From NCBI GenBank assembly GCA_051294905.1, contig CM119371.1:9798001-9862000 (forward strand): a DNA stretch of 64,000 nt, given 5' to 3'. The notes beneath the pieces were generated by a model, which was not told the DNA's origin, did not search any database, and worked only from the letters and a program-made list of their open reading frames with translations. Position numbers and translations under genes: made by a program. The DNA is from Botryllus schlosseri. Its lineage: Eukaryota. This document shows, piece after piece, positions 1 to 14,138 of this stretch (the first letter of the stretch is position 1; every line of letters starts with the position of its first letter).

Positions 1-917
1 TGACAAATTTCTCCAAACTTGTTTGAAAATAACAAAAAAACATTGAACAAGACATCCATTAATTAATTTCAAGGTAGGTCACCCTGAGACTAATCCTGAT
101 GCTGGTAGTGAGTACAGAGAGCAAGGCGTCGTTCTGTCCTGCCAGGCTAAATTTGATAAGTTTTGGAAATTAATTAAATTGTGTTGATTTATAGCCTAAT
201 TGAGGGCGAAACCGGGCAACCTATGTTGCATCTAAGTCTGTCTTAGGCAGTGCAGTTCGCAAGCTACTGACAAGAGCTGCCCGGCGCCACAAGCTTTAGG
301 CTACTGTCAAAGCTATGAAGCAATGAATGACTTACACGTGGGAATTGCTCTAAATTTACAAAGAATTTCAAAAATTTGCTCAAATGAAGTTGAAATCAGA
401 CTATACTCCGTTGAGCGCGGTTGCTATAGAGTTTGTATTTTGCAAACTTTCTTGAATATGGAATAAATTTCATCTTCATTAATCGTCTTCTCATAATGGA
501 TGTGAAACACATGTTCAGACACGTACAATTTATACTGACTTTGTCAATTTCTCGCGCCCCCCCTATACTGACTTCGTCAATTTTTTGCGCCCCCCCTGAG
601 AGCCTCCCGTGCCCCCCAGGTTGAGAACCCCTGGTATAGTGTGTTACATTACATGACGGATCATAGGGATTCTATTCTAGCTGCACCTTTTATTCGCAAA
701 CGGTGGAATTGGCAATGATACCATAATTTGGCGGATGAATAAAGTTATAAGCCTATAATGCAGTGGCTCTAACGATGGTTCAAGTTGGCATATTTTTATG
801 CTCCCTTCGTTTTAGTGATGTATTGGCATCAACCCTGCGAACGCGTTGTGAGGAATAGAAACGGGGACGTTGGAATTTCCTTCATTGTATTATATCGCGA
901 TTCGAGTTTCTCTAGAG

Positions 918-1160
918 TAGTGGTTCTCAACCCTTCTTTAGACACGCCCGTTTATGATAGTGAAAAATTTCGCACCCCCCTTATCGTGATATCACAAAAT
1001 CCAACCGGGATGCCAGCAACCCCAACATATTGTTTGATGGCATGCAAGGTTATGACTGTTGGTAAGAGAATTAAACTATATTAAATTCGATCTATATATA
1101 GAGAAACACGCTTGAATTGGAGGTAAATCGAGTAGAGACTCCCCAGGTTGAGAACCACTG
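918..1160. mobile_element. hAT (Charlie/Buster-type) MITE
   Basis: TIR (t/c)agtggttctcaacc; perfect 8-bp TSD ctctagag. Confidence 0.85.
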
Positions 1161-1782
1161 CTCTAGAGGCTGGAGACCTCTAATATATTTTCCATGTAAC
1201 CTATATATCAGAACAGACATCAGGACCTGGCCATCCAAGCACTGGTAGAAGCGTTTTCGTGAAATAGTTGAAATCAAAACGAGCGAAATTAGAAACCTTT
1301 TTATTGAGACACTAAATATCTTGAGATACATAGTAGCTAATTTGTTGCACATCTAAGCAAATAAATGTTGTATTTTCATCTTCTTTTTCTATAACAATTT
1401 TCGGTTAGTTTGTGCGAATGAAATTTATTTTACAAAAAAGTGCGAATGAAGCTCAAAAAGGTTGAAAAGCACTGGTCTAAGGCATATTGGAGAGATCACA
1501 CCTCAAAATGTCTTCAATCATTCTTACCGACTTCCCGAACATAAAACCAGCCCTCCTGTTCTATTATTGTCTGATGAATACTATCAATAAATATGGAAGT
1601 ATCCCTGAAGGAAGAGGAATTAAATTTATTTTCGTGTGAAACATCGAGGTGCTTCGACGGGACCGATTGATTATCGAGTCAGCACCACCATGTTGGAATC
1701 ATCACCACAATAGGTAGGTAGCGTCTTGTCATATTGATACTTCACGGAAACTAAAATGGTGGTTTACATGGAATTTACTCAC

Positions 1783-1885
1783 TCGTATTCTATAGGAGCT
1801 GCTTTCCTGGTTGTCATTTCTCGCAAAGATCAGTGTTGTCGATGGAGGAGTAGAACTACTGAAATATGTTGATCCGCATGGCAAG
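1783..1885 (-). CDS. Duplicated copy of inserted-domain exon 4: LPCGSTYFSSSTPPSTTLIFARNDNQESSSYRIR
   Basis: 9 substitutions in 103 nt vs 37668-37770, no indels, intact tttacctccag| and |GTGAGT. Confidence 0.7.
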
Positions 1886-2869
1886 CTGGAGGTAAAGAGA
1901 TCGATTTTTCAAGATGCAACACTGTCAGTTCCAGTAATTTTTATAAACGTTTGGGACGTTATTAGTGATATATTCATGCACGGTGAATCAATCATGACAA
2001 TCATGTTCACTGTTAGACTTTGATCAATTACAGCATCAATGTACTCGATGACGATGGCAACGGTACAAGGTACGACCATTATATACAGACTGTATTCTCT
2101 ATGTAAGTATTATATTATTCATGTAAAACGGTTTAGCATTTGGCTTTTTGCATCTGCTATTTCTTATATTTCATTTCTTCAGAAAACTCTGAACTGAGTG
2201 AGCTCTATTTTGCCCCTCGGAATGATGGAAGTTAAACCTCAACGCAGGTGAGTGATCGTTATAGCGCAGCCTATGGAGATGTTTTATATTTGCTGTCTTG
2301 ACGGTCTATTTATGTCGAAAATCTCAACTTTTGTTAGAAATGTGGTGGATAATACAGGCATTCTCTCATTTCCTAAGAATTGCTTCGCGGGCCGGATTGA
2401 ATCGACTGGCGGGCCGGATGCGACTCGTGGACGGTGTATCTGTCACCCCTGGTCTGGTGAGGTTCATGATGAAATAATATTGAATATTTTAACACCCAAA
2501 ACAATGCAATCTTCATATTTATCGTTCACAAACTTGAGCGAAAGTAGAGGTGAGACTGAGACAAGCAAAGTCTCACCTGTGATAGCGATCCGAGCTCTGT
2601 ATTTATATTAGTCGAACCCTAATGCCGCACTGAATCCGAAAATCCAATACGGTCGAATCCGCATAATTCGAATACACGACAACCCGGACATGGGCTTTAT
2701 TCGATCAAAATGCTCAGGAACAAAACAAAAGCGGAAAGTGTCGTTAACAAGCGCGCGATAATTTTTCACTCAGGAATCAACTTGATATTTTGACTCGCGA
2801 AGAACTCACGTATAGTTAAGTTACGCAATTTTGCGTGAGAATTAGAAATTTATTGCAGAACCATTAGAG

Positions 2870-3519
2870 CAGGGGTTACCAAACTTTTTATGGTCACGAC
2901 CTCAAATTTCGATTTGAAAATTTTCCGCGACCCCACCTCTCAATTTGTCGTTCGGATTACTAAAAATATGGTCAGCACCTTTGCCCAAACGTGGTCCATG
3001 TGGGAATCTGGTGACTTTATGCACAACAGTACTAGCAATTATGCAATTATGAACTCGTCAACATCCGTCAGTCAAGACTATAGCAACGTATATAGGTCTG
3101 TGTGACTATGTGAAATTTTGAGTCACTAAAAATACAGATAACGTTATATAAGTCATCAGGCCGCGACGAGCGCGTGTGTAGGCCTATATATTATACTGGA
3201 ACACTACGACACTGCCGGTCGCTTTTAGTTCTCATGGAAGGATAAATTAACGTCGTAAATTATTTATATACTCCTGACACTTTAATTTTCATAGTGGTGG
3301 CTAGAAACCAACATCACTTTATAGTAGGGGGCACTCCAAAATGACGCTCCGATGGATCTGATAGCTTGCTTGCAGAGTTCGCATTCCTCAGAGCCGTAGA
3401 TATCATCTGCTTAATTGTCATGCTCGTAATGGTAATTAGTATTCAACTTTCGTCTCCGCGACCTCAGAGATTAGGCAAACGACCCGTTTGGGTCGCGACC
3501 CTTAGTTCGTGAACCTCTG
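2870..3519. mobile_element. Non-autonomous hAT (Charlie-type) element
   Basis: caggggttaccaaac...gttcgtgaacctctg; TSD cattagag/cactagag. Confidence 0.75.
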
Positions 3520-4226
3520 CACTAGAGATACTATACTACATCTTCTGATAGTCAGTAACTCGATCATTTAATAAAATTATATTGATTCAAAAGAACTATA
3601 CAAATGCGATATATTAGGATGGTACGAACTGTCTGTCCTTAAGTAGGGGCTTAGCAAGAATGGAGAAAGAAGGTTTAACAGTAGCGGATAACAACTTCTA
3701 CAACACAAAGACAATTTGGCCTGCTTTGTACACAATTCCGACATATTTTGACCTAACGCTACACCTGGCAGAGCAATACCATATTTATTGAATCGTTTGG
3801 TATCAAAAAATCTACAATACAACTAACCAGAAGGTATAACTTTTTGGTTTTTCACGCGCTCAGAGCCAATTACTGCAGCTCGGGAGCTGCAATTCATTCA
3901 TTTTGCATCAGAACATTAGTTTTAATTCGTTGTCCGCCTAATTACTTTCCGCCTAATTCCTACAACGCCGTTACTCCGCTTGATTCGACCAAAAGTGAGA
4001 GGAACCAAATTGTCTGAATTGAAGTGGAGTCGACTGTATTAATATTGCGGAGTGGGCCATGCTACAAGTCGTCAGCTGCGGAATCACAAAAAAAGGATTA
4101 TCGGTCTGGTGTAAATGACCATTGTAGTCGACAAACCCCATGAATACCATAAACAAACAAAAAATACTCGTGCTCCAGACTCACTCGAAATCGCCAATGA
4201 ATGTCAAAATCGGCATTGTTACGTAC

Positions 4227-4954
4227 AATAATATTATTATCTTGTGATTTGTGAATATTGCACGAAGATCACGGCCTGATTAAATCACGTGATCACGGAT
4301 TGCGTAAGCGCGAGAGATAACACGACGCTCACATCGGCCTCGCGTGGGCTTCTCGGTTTTATAACTGTAGGTTGGGAAGGGGGATATTGAGGTTGGGGGA
4401 GTGTTAGGGTATCCCAAGATCCGGGTTGGATTACGCGGGTAGTAGGGTTGGGGAGGGTTACGGTAAAAGTTGGAATATCCCAAGTTTAGGGTTGGGGGTG
4501 ATGGATATTAGGGTTGGGGAGGGGACGGGGGGTATTAGGGATTGGGGAGGGTTAGGGTCAAAGCTCGGGTTATGGAATCCCAAGATTAAGGTTCAGGTGA
4601 GAGGCACGATACTCTCAACCCTAATGTCCACCACCTCCAACCCTGATATTGAGATATCCTCACCCCAACTTCGACCCTAACCCACTTCCTACTCTGATAT
4701 GTACCTTCCACCAACCCCAATATTCCCTCACATTCAACCCTAATATCCCTCTCCCCAAACCCTAATATCCTCCCTAACCCAATCCTAATCTCGAGATACC
4801 CTAACCCCAACTTTGACCTTAACCCTCACCCAACCCTACTATCTCCCCTCTCCGACCTACAGTTACAATAAGGAGCAGGCAACGCGCAATCCGTGATTTA
4901 ATCACGCCGCGACCTCCGTACAATATTGACAAATCACTTGATAATAATATCATT
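4227..4954. repeat. Foldback/palindromic element with G-rich left arm and C-rich right arm (degenerate GGGTTAGGG-like runs)
   Basis: Ends are inverted repeats (atattattatcttgtgatttgtgaatattgcacg / cgtacaatattgacaaatcacttgataataatat). 4370-4600 has GGG runs and 4610-4860 has the mirrored CCC runs. Confidence 0.75.
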
Positions 4955-5986
4955 AGTTTATTAATTCATATTAATAGTGGTTACAACATTTCATTTCAAA
5001 AGCTTCTTGGAGGTATTGATACATTGTATATATTTTGATACAAAATTTCCCAGAGGCCGAGTTCACTGGTAGTGGTTAAAAAAAAATTAGGAAATGTTTT
5101 CTTGTTGACACCACCTTTTCTAACTAACTAGTAACCCTGTTTATACATAGGCGCTAAACCCGGGTAGGCTGGATTTGCCACGCTTACTCCGTAATTATTG
5201 TATTATAGGCATACCCTCAAATTCGTAATCAGCACAACTCCGATGGCCAATTGTGTGGTTCGAAAAATATTGAAAACCATGCATCTCATAAAACGGGATT
5301 GATGCTTATGTGAGTTGAGCAATATACCTAATTAGTAATGAGACGAATATATAAGCGACGCCATAGGATATAACCATGAACTTGCTGCACATGTTGATTC
5401 AGACGCGCGCATGCCGTACGCCGAGAAACATGGTATCTTTTCTGGAATGGACGAGCAAATGCACGTTCTTCGTTGATAGTTTTTTAATCGTAGCGCCAAA
5501 TTGGATAGTGTGTTAGCGTTTTTGCCTGTGAATTGAAATTCATTCAAGCGCACGATCGTTTACTCCAGTATCGATTTGCGAACGTAAATGGGGAAATGGA
5601 TTGAAGCAGCCCAGATCGCTAATATAGTACGCATAGCTTACAATTGCCGCGATGTGAGCTAGTCAATGCGGTGTCCGAACCCTGCCCTAGTGTTGAATAT
5701 AAGAGGGCTATTAGTGATTGGATGCGCGCCTTCCAATTTCTAATCCTCCATTTTGTGTATTCATTCTTGTCTTCTTGATATACTCGTATTGTTGAAATGT
5801 CGCCTAATGTCACTTTCGAGATTGCAGATTAATTGGTTACAGTGCATGACGTTGAATTAAGTTCTCAGATATTGATTCACATCCTGATTGTCAGTGTCAC
5901 TAATTTTGAGTTTATTCGATTCGTTTGAAAGGGAACTCTCTATACTCCACTAAACTTGATCGACGATGGACGGACTGGTAACGAGC

Positions 5987-8546
5987 CAGTGATGAGCATC
6001 GGACGGACTCGGATGGCATTCGGACCGGATATTAGACGATTTTGTGGCAGTCGGATAGGACTCGGATATTATCACAAATATTTTTTCGGATATTGTCGGA
6101 TAGTTGTAACTTTTGATAGGATATTTCCGGATAGTTGTAACCTTATGTGAGATTTGATTACAGGCCTATAGAAAGAAGTCATCAATTCAATAACCAATTA
6201 CAGACAGCTGACACCTTGCGATATGACTGGTAGCAGTCTAAAAATGTTTGTCAAGAGTCCAAGATAATATAGATCAACTATTGCCACTACCATTCAAGAA
6301 TAGACAATACTATAAGATCAGCCATGTTATCAGATTTATTAGCTAAAACACAAAGTATACCATACTTGCCAGTCTAACGATATATAATATGTGAACTGAT
6401 AAAAGATGGTATGATTGGACATGAGCTCGCCTGACATGGTTATCATCAGTACGGTATTCTCGCAGAGCAGTGTCTGAAGTTCGCAAAATTGAAGGTATAG
6501 TTTCAACATCAGTCACAAAACTGCGTATGCTTCTCGCCTTCACATGTAGTTTTTTAACCCATTGCTGATGAATGTCACAATAGGGCATACAATTTCTAGA
6601 ATCCTCAAATTGTTGTTGTGGCAGTCTTCTGTAGATTGATATAGCGGTAAGTCAAATCCCTCTTTGCGTACTTGTAGCATGAATGATTTTCATGCTGCCA
6701 CCCACAGTAGCTGTATGATACCCTTTCGATCAACACTATACAGCGGTGCTTGTGCTATGGCACGATCTTTGGCTACCATGAGTCTTTCAGCAGTTCATGA
6801 TCATAACGGAATATATCCTGATGACGTTCAACAATGTAATAACTCCATTCTGTGAGAAGGTACTCCCAGTGTGGACTTGGACTTCTTGTCAGCTTGGCAC
6901 ATCGAGTTAACAGCTATTCACACACTTGCAGCCCGGTCAACCAAATAAGAATATGCATACAAACATGTACAAGTAACTTTCTGGAGTCAGATAATTATAT
7001 AGAAAAATATGTAAGAAGATATATAGATAAAATGTATGATAATTAATATAAGGATGCCTTGACGATACAGCAGCCTACCAGCCTCTTTGAAATCATTCAA
7101 GATACATGCATATCATACTAAGGCACACTAACAACATATAACAAGGCTATAAAATCCAGAATTCCTATATACCGTTACAAAGAAAGCAAACCTACTCAAG
7201 TGTCCTGCTTACTCTTCCCTTCCTTCAGCTGCTATATTTTCTCCAATATGATTGACGGAATCAATCATCCAGAACCACTGAGCCATACAAGAAAAAGCTG
7301 TTAGTTTTTTTGTCAAGCAATGGTCTGTTAAGTAAATTTGATTTCAGTTAAAGAATTGTGAAAAAAGACTTTGGCGTGATTATGGTGCTTTTCCGTATGA
7401 TTTCAACGGGAGACCATGTAAACAGTTTGAAAGTCAACGCCAAGGAGTGTTGATCAGTACGTTAGTGATGCGTCATATCTCTTGAGTGGAGCTCCATCAA
7501 CTAGTGCATAATGTGCATTGCATTATTTGAAGACCTTGAATGTTGTCAAACTCCTCGTCTGAGTGTCGATTTCAGCTATGATTCCGTACTGTCGGAGTTT
7601 CGTTTCTCAATTATAATGGATTGAAGAAAGTCGACGTCTTGAGAGATAGCACAGCCAGAGTGGAGTGTAGAGGGATTGCATCCGGATTTATGGGACACTG
7701 GCTCTGCTGAATGCTATAATTTCTATGTTCAAGTGAAACACCACACGTTATCAAGTGGTACAATGAACCTTACAAACCATATCCAAAAGGCCAAGGATAC
7801 AGCACAGTTGAAGATGAGTTTCTTCTCGTCCAATAAACAAGTCGGCAAGACAACTACTGACCAGCTACTGGAGAGGAAATTTGGACAGAATGTTGTACAT
7901 TCAGGAATCAGGATGGTGCTATTATTCACATCTTGTGTGACACGACTATAAGCGTCATGCTCGAAGCTTTGAACTGATTGACCAAAGGTATTATAAGCAT
8001 CAGCAAGTTGCTACTAAACAGGCCTTCACGCCTTCCAGCACTTGTGGGCAAAATGTGGCTTATCTGCATCTAATATTGACCATCTCCCGATTGTGAAATT
8101 CCATGCTCACAACTTGCTACTATTACTTCTTGATATATATTGGGTGATATGGTTAAATGCCTGATTGTTACATATGGCTATGGCCTAATAATCTTTGTCA
8201 TTTTACATTTGCTTTTGATCGAGATACCACTTTCATTCACACACTTACTTCAAATTAGTAGCGTTGTTTCTTTGCGTTAACTTTCCCATAAATGAAATTC
8301 CAATTTTTGTTCATTCCATAGATACAATTAGTGATCTTCTTGTGCAGAACTGTAACTAAGCTCAGCTGTACAATTGATATTCTGCGATGTCATTATTCGA
8401 TAAGGATTTTCCGGATTCTTGTAGGAGATTTCCGGATAAATTCGGATAGTTGGATGAGATTATCCGGAGTCGGACGGATAGTTCCGCAGACACCAAAACT
8501 GTCGGACGGATTCGGATTCTCAAAATCCAACATCCGCTCATCACTG
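5987..8546. mobile_element. Non-autonomous hAT element (Ac/Tol2-like) with tcgga subterminal repeats
   Basis: TIR cagtgatgagc...gctcatcactg; perfect TSD taacgagc; BED-finger-like remnant HTLSSGTMNLTNHIQK at ~7740-7790 (+). Confidence 0.85.
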
Positions 8547-9108
8547 TAACGAGCGCACAAATACATTTGGTAAAAATTGGATTTTTGCTGATAAGGTCGC
8601 GACATGCGGTCATTTCTGCAGTTACATCTGAACAAATCGCACCATTTCAAGATTAAATTGGACTGTATGGCTTGATATTAACGAGCGCAGTACCGGCAAT
8701 AAAACATGACGTCACTGTTTTAATGTTGTATCATGTGTGTACAATGTACAATGCACATGCAATGGCAAGGAGTAAATTGCGTTCTCGTGCGGATATGACG
8801 TCATCTACAGACGACACGAAGTAATTATCAGGTCACAGGACTTTGCATACCCCACAAAATGATGATTCCTTGCGATGGTTACAACCGAGCGATAGTTGCG
8901 GTAGCCGAAGCTAGTGCCGAAGCAGTGGTATCAATGCTATCTGGAGCTTGGAGCCGGAGCTAATTCGTAATCGAAGAGAGCTCCGGAACCGGAGCCGGAG
9001 CAGTTAAAAATTTACGACTGCTCCAAAGCCTTGGTTGAGCCTTGGCGAGGTAGCACGTAGTACTTACATATATTTTGGTGCCAAATACATTCTCTTATCC
9101 CACTAGAG

Positions 9109-10594
9109 CAGGGGTGTCAAACATACGGCCCGCGGGCCGCATCTGGCCCGCGAAGCCATTTCATCCGGCCCGCCAGACCATTTCTGGATAATTGAAGAAG
9201 ACGCATGCTAAGATTGCTCAGTTTTAGCAACGGTTTGTATTTATCATATAACATTACGACAGCAATCAGTCAGACGCGTTGTAGCGCGTTGCTTTCAATT
9301 GTTACGTATGAATGCTGCTAATCAGCAGGAATGAACAGTACACAGTTGCAAATTCGAGTGACTGGCATCAGCCGGATGGTGATACGCTTGTCGTTGACAT
9401 CGCATCTCGCCCGCTGGTGACACAAGTGACGACCGAACGAAATTACACTTAGTTAGTTTGCTACAAATTGCGAGCTCTTATCTCAGCGTGGGGCACTGGA
9501 GATTGTATCGACATGACGACAGTCATATTCCTAACGGACCCAGTTATTATTTTATCACGATATTCGTGGCTGGGAAATTCACATTCCGAAAATGGGAAAA
9601 ATTAAACGAGTGGATACTGAGTGCCGAATATTCAAACAAAAATGAACCGAGAGTTTTTCATTCATAGAGGTGGACGCGAAACCAGTATGCTTGGTTAGTA
9701 ATCAGCAAGTTTCTGTCCTCAAAGAATATAATATTCGACGCCACTACGAGACTCACCATAAAAGGAAATACGGAGATTTCAAAGGACATTCACGAAGTGA
9801 CGAAATAAAAATACTTAGGGCCCGCCTGAAGATCAGCAATCCACCTTTACCCGCGGCCGGGATATAGCTGAAGCATCTGTGATGGCAAGCTGCCTTATGA
9901 GTTGGTTCCGGCATCCAGGCCATATGCTGATGGAGAGGTGGTAAAAACGTGCATGTTGAAGGCTGCGAAGGTAGTGTGCCATGAAAAGCGGCACGCATTT
10001 GCCAATATCAGCCTTTCAAGAAACACGGTCGCGAATAGAATAGCTGACCTATCAAATGACTTGGAAAGCGAATTAAAAGACAGAATTAAAATATAATATA
10101 TATCGCATTTTCAGTGGCGATCGATGAGAGCATCGATGTCACAGATGTTACCCAACTGGCCATATTTATTAGGGGTGTTGATCCGTCGTTACAAATTACT
10201 GAGGAATTGCTTCAATTCCTTCCCATGACCGACACTACAACAGCGAGTGATATTTTCATCGCACTCGTTGGAGCGCTTAACAGGGTGGGGGTAGTCTGGT
10301 CCCGTGCCATCAGCCTGGCTACTGACGGTGCGCCGTCGATGGTCGGAAAGAAGACTTGCCTGGCCACGAAATTTCGGGAGAAGGTACGTATCGCGAACGG
10401 CGGACAAGACGTATATTCGAGGGGTATAGCTTATCCCCGCAACGTTAGTATGTTTACTCAGTAAACTGTACGTGTATGCAATAAGCCAGTAACTTCATTT
10501 TTATGTGTGTTGAAACACATTTTACTGATCCGGCCCGCGAGACATTTGAAGGTCTGAATCCGGCCCGCGACCCGAATTGAGTTTGACACCCCTG
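9109..10594 (+). mobile_element. Internally deleted hAT (SPIN/GTF2IRD2-like, Buster group) element, copy 1
   Basis: TIR caggggtgtcaaac, perfect TSD cactagag; frameshifted transposase remnants KPVCLV...KEYNIRRHYETHH, SLSRNTVANRI, AIDESIDVTD, LATDGAPSMVG. Confidence 0.95.
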
Positions 10595-11341
10595 CACTAG
10601 AGCTTATCTCAAACATACCTGACCATACGTTGAATAAAAAACCAATAGCATAGCTACACGCATTCACCAGTTACACTACAGTGAGGGACATCTTCTGATC
10701 AGTACAGGGTTTGGTGTCAGTCAAAATGTAGCATCAGTTTGTAGATGATACGACGCAATAATGAAATTTAAAATCGAACTTAAGTAGGATTATTGCCAAT
10801 GTTTAGACTGTGAAGTTTAAAGAAACATCATTTCTCTCAGGTGGCTTTGCGTCCCCGCCAAATGCGTTCACTCCCCTAATAGGAGCGCGCTACCCAGTTT
10901 GAGAACCACTGACTCAGAGGAATGACAGGAATTTTAGGACTGTTTTCACGAAGTATCATCAATAATTTTATTTTCACAAAATTCAAGTTAAGCCCAGCAT
11001 TTTCGTAGCGCTTAAGGTAAAGTAGATATGCAGCGAGAAGCATGTTTCTACGTAAGTATCAGTGAATATAATATAGGCACCGGGATTATTTCTGAAATAT
11101 ACAATCGGTTTGACCAATAGAAAGTTGTATATTTTTCATGATTATGGAAAAACTGTCGAAGTATAGAAATATTGAAAAATATCCTAACAATACATGTAAA
11201 TTCTAATACCAATACCACACTTGCACATTTCCATATTCCATACAGAAATTTCGTTTCATACCATACGATAATTCTATAACATATCATTCCATACCACACT
11301 ATATGCCCTGCGGGTGACAGTAGGAAACAAATAATACTTAC

Positions 11342-11397
11342 GTCACATTCCTTCCGTATAACGCATTGCCAGACCGACTGCTGCTTCTGATATACAC
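11342..11397 (-). CDS. Duplicated copy of inserted-domain exon 3: VYIRSSSRSGNALYGRNVT (paralog, alternative exon or pseudo-exon)
   Basis: Same 56-nt length and intact aag| and |GTAAGT sites as 49330-49385; flanking intron sequence is homologous. Confidence 0.7.
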
Positions 11398-11911
11398 CTT
11401 CATCAATACATATTGAGTTCATGTCAGATAAATTCAATTTTTAGTCCTACACTTATATATACACTTATATATATCAATTTTAATCACGATGTTTCCTTCT
11501 TCTCTGGTTATGATTACAAAAATTATGGAATATCAGAAAAGTATGTAAATCAGATAGCAATGGTTATCACGTAAATCTTTACATCAACTATATTGTGATA
11601 TTTTGCACGAAGACAAGAAAACAATATTAGTCAGTGCTCTACCTTTTTCACTTCGCAGACAAGTAAAATTTCGGAAAATATTTGGCGGACCGGTGGACTT
11701 TCCTAAATTGAAATTAACCAAAAATATTATGTATGCAACCGCTTTTTGCAAGTATATTGTTCTGGAGAGTGACATTTTCAGAGTTTTGATCGTAAATAAT
11801 TATGTTCACGATGCCATCCATGTGATTTTATGGTTTTGAGTTTGCTGAGTCGACCGCCGAGAGTCGTTTACAGCTTTTCGCGTCGAAGACCGTGGATTTA
11901 ACCGTCTACGC

Positions 11912-13933
11912 CAGTGGTTCCCAAACTTTTTCCGTCTGAGGGCCAAATTTAGAATTTCAGAGTACAGTCGGGGCCGCACGAATACTACGGCTATGAAACG
12001 GACCCAAACAGTCATCATGGCTATTTCGGAGTAGTTTTATGGCGCTGGCGAGATATCAAAACTGTACACTGTTTACCCTACTTTATCTGCTGCATTGGGT
12101 GTCCGTTGAGTGAATCATCTTTGCTCGCCTAAACGCGCGAAGCGCTAAAAATTTCTTTAGTTTCATGACTGAATCGGTCAATATGATCGGGAATTGCATG
12201 CTATCAATTTTCATCCTGTCTCTGTTCACGTATTATGATTTACCGGTAGAGCTGAGTGAGGTGTGTTTGAAAAGGTATGGGCCCCCTCAATAGTAATTAA
12301 ACCTCTCCGGGGGTATAATGGTATATCCGTTGGCAGGAAAGTAACAGCACTTCGTCATGACCCCGGGCTACCATAGGGTGATAAACTGACCCCGCATCAC
12401 GTTGTTTGCCTTTGCCACTAAATTAAAGTTGTACTGTTTAGTGAGACAGCGCGACGCGCGAATATTTCGATAATTCATGATAAAATAGGTGAATAAGATC
12501 GGAAATTGCATGGTTGTCCTCTTTGCCCACGTAATCAGATTTACCGGTAGAGCTGAGTGAGAGGTGTCTTTGCAACTGCAAACCCCGTAAAGTTAAACAT
12601 CTTCGGGCGGGCGGACCCCCAGGTATAACTTCTTTAGATGATGTTATTTCGTGACCTACTGTCTGCTATATCAAAAAATGTAGAATTGCCTAAACGTACT
12701 AAACTGAAAGATCACACGATTTCAGATCGGTATTCTTCACTGGCATATAATTTTCTTTCATGCGGGATGGTACTTGTCTTGTGACGTTCAGATTGCCAAG
12801 ACAAGAACATTCGTCGCCAGTCATTTAGGCGCCTTTATGGACAATTAAACCTATATGCATTTTGTTTATATAACGAAGTTTTTGGTCAGCAGAAAAGCAG
12901 TCCTTTACGGCCAGGCCTTTCTCGCTGCCTATCTTTCTGACACACTTCTTGGAGTAACATGTTACATGCCATAAAACTGTATATGTCTTGGTGCGTTGTG
13001 ATGCAGTCATGGCCAACGCTGATATGCCCATTTCTATAAATCTTGCGTATTTTTTCTTGGGGAAGGGTAGCCTATCCAATAATCAAGATATGTGGCGAAT
13101 TGAAATCGCGCCTAGCGCGAAAAAGTTTTGAAAAAGTTGCATGAATTTTCAAAAAATACTCCATAATTTATGCTAATTCACGTAATAATTTTGGGCCCCC
13201 TCAATTGGGGGGAGGTTTGGGGTGCGGCTGTTACGGCCCTGACTATAGGACAATCAATTATGCTGCTTTTAGCCGGCTAAGCAAAACTGGATCTCGGCGT
13301 ATTCAGCCGTGAGTCACGTGTTGTGCATCTAGTTATCATAGGGTTACCGTTACGTCCACTTTTAGAATGATTTGTCCTCTTTTTTGATTTTTTTTTTCAA
13401 AGTGTAGTCGGAGGACGTCCAAATGTATTATTTTTTTGAGATTTTGTCTTCTTTTTTAAGAATTTTGGTTACATATAGGGCCAAATTCGACTGATATAAA
13501 TTAATTCAGCCTTGTAGGAACGTCATGGCGGCTATTTCGGGAGCTGGACCGGAAAGTTGACGTTTTTTTTCAGTCAACCACCTGTTAATGTGAAATAAAA
13601 ACTGTATTTTCCAGGAGTTGGGCCTCTTTTTCTTTTTTAGTCAAGCCACCACGAAGTGGGAAAAATTTACCATTTTTCATGATTTTTTTCCGGTTTTGAA
13701 AGTTATCAAGACCTATTTATATCTATAGCTACTCCTCATTCAACTGGAAAATTAGGGCACATTGCATTGAAACAGCAGTGACGTAACGTTAGCAGTCTAT
13801 ACTCCAAGCAAGACTATTTTCTAAATTTAAATATTTTTTTTTCATAAATCGATTTCTTATTATATTTTTGGGGCCGCAAGAAGGCTATCTGAGGGCCGCA
13901 TGCGGCCCTCGGGGCCGCACTTGGGAACCACTG
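11912..13933. mobile_element. Charlie-type hAT element with nested repeats
   Basis: cagtggttcccaaac...ttgggaaccactg termini; contains a partial Blackjack-like MITE at ~13340-13700. Confidence 0.65.
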
Positions 13934-14138
13934 TTCTAGAGTCCCAGAGATAACATTTCAGGCAGCATGCGACTCCGTGCGAGGTGTGCGCTGCCCAAAT
14001 GATTGGCGGTGATGAAACCTTGAAATTTAATAACCGCCGCATGTTGGCCAAAACGTTTGGCATTTATATAGTTACTGCTCAGGCACCGAAATGACGAGCG
14101 CTAAATAGTCCAGCTCGGCAGTTTAAGCCGCTCGTATA

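Larger units (their letters stand above)
1590..11910. repeat. Segmental duplicate of 37470-50100 (direct orientation)
   Basis: Colinear homologous blocks: 1590-1930~37470-37810, 3180-3770~39370-39950, 3810-4230~42260-42660, 9065-9108 plus 10600-11070~43575-44110, 11230-11910~49210-50100. Each copy carries different TE insertions. Confidence 0.85.

Noticed and set aside
4370..4860. Interstitial telomere or chromosome-fusion scar
   Set aside because: The runs are too degenerate and are embedded within TIR-like ends; better explained as a foldback transposon.
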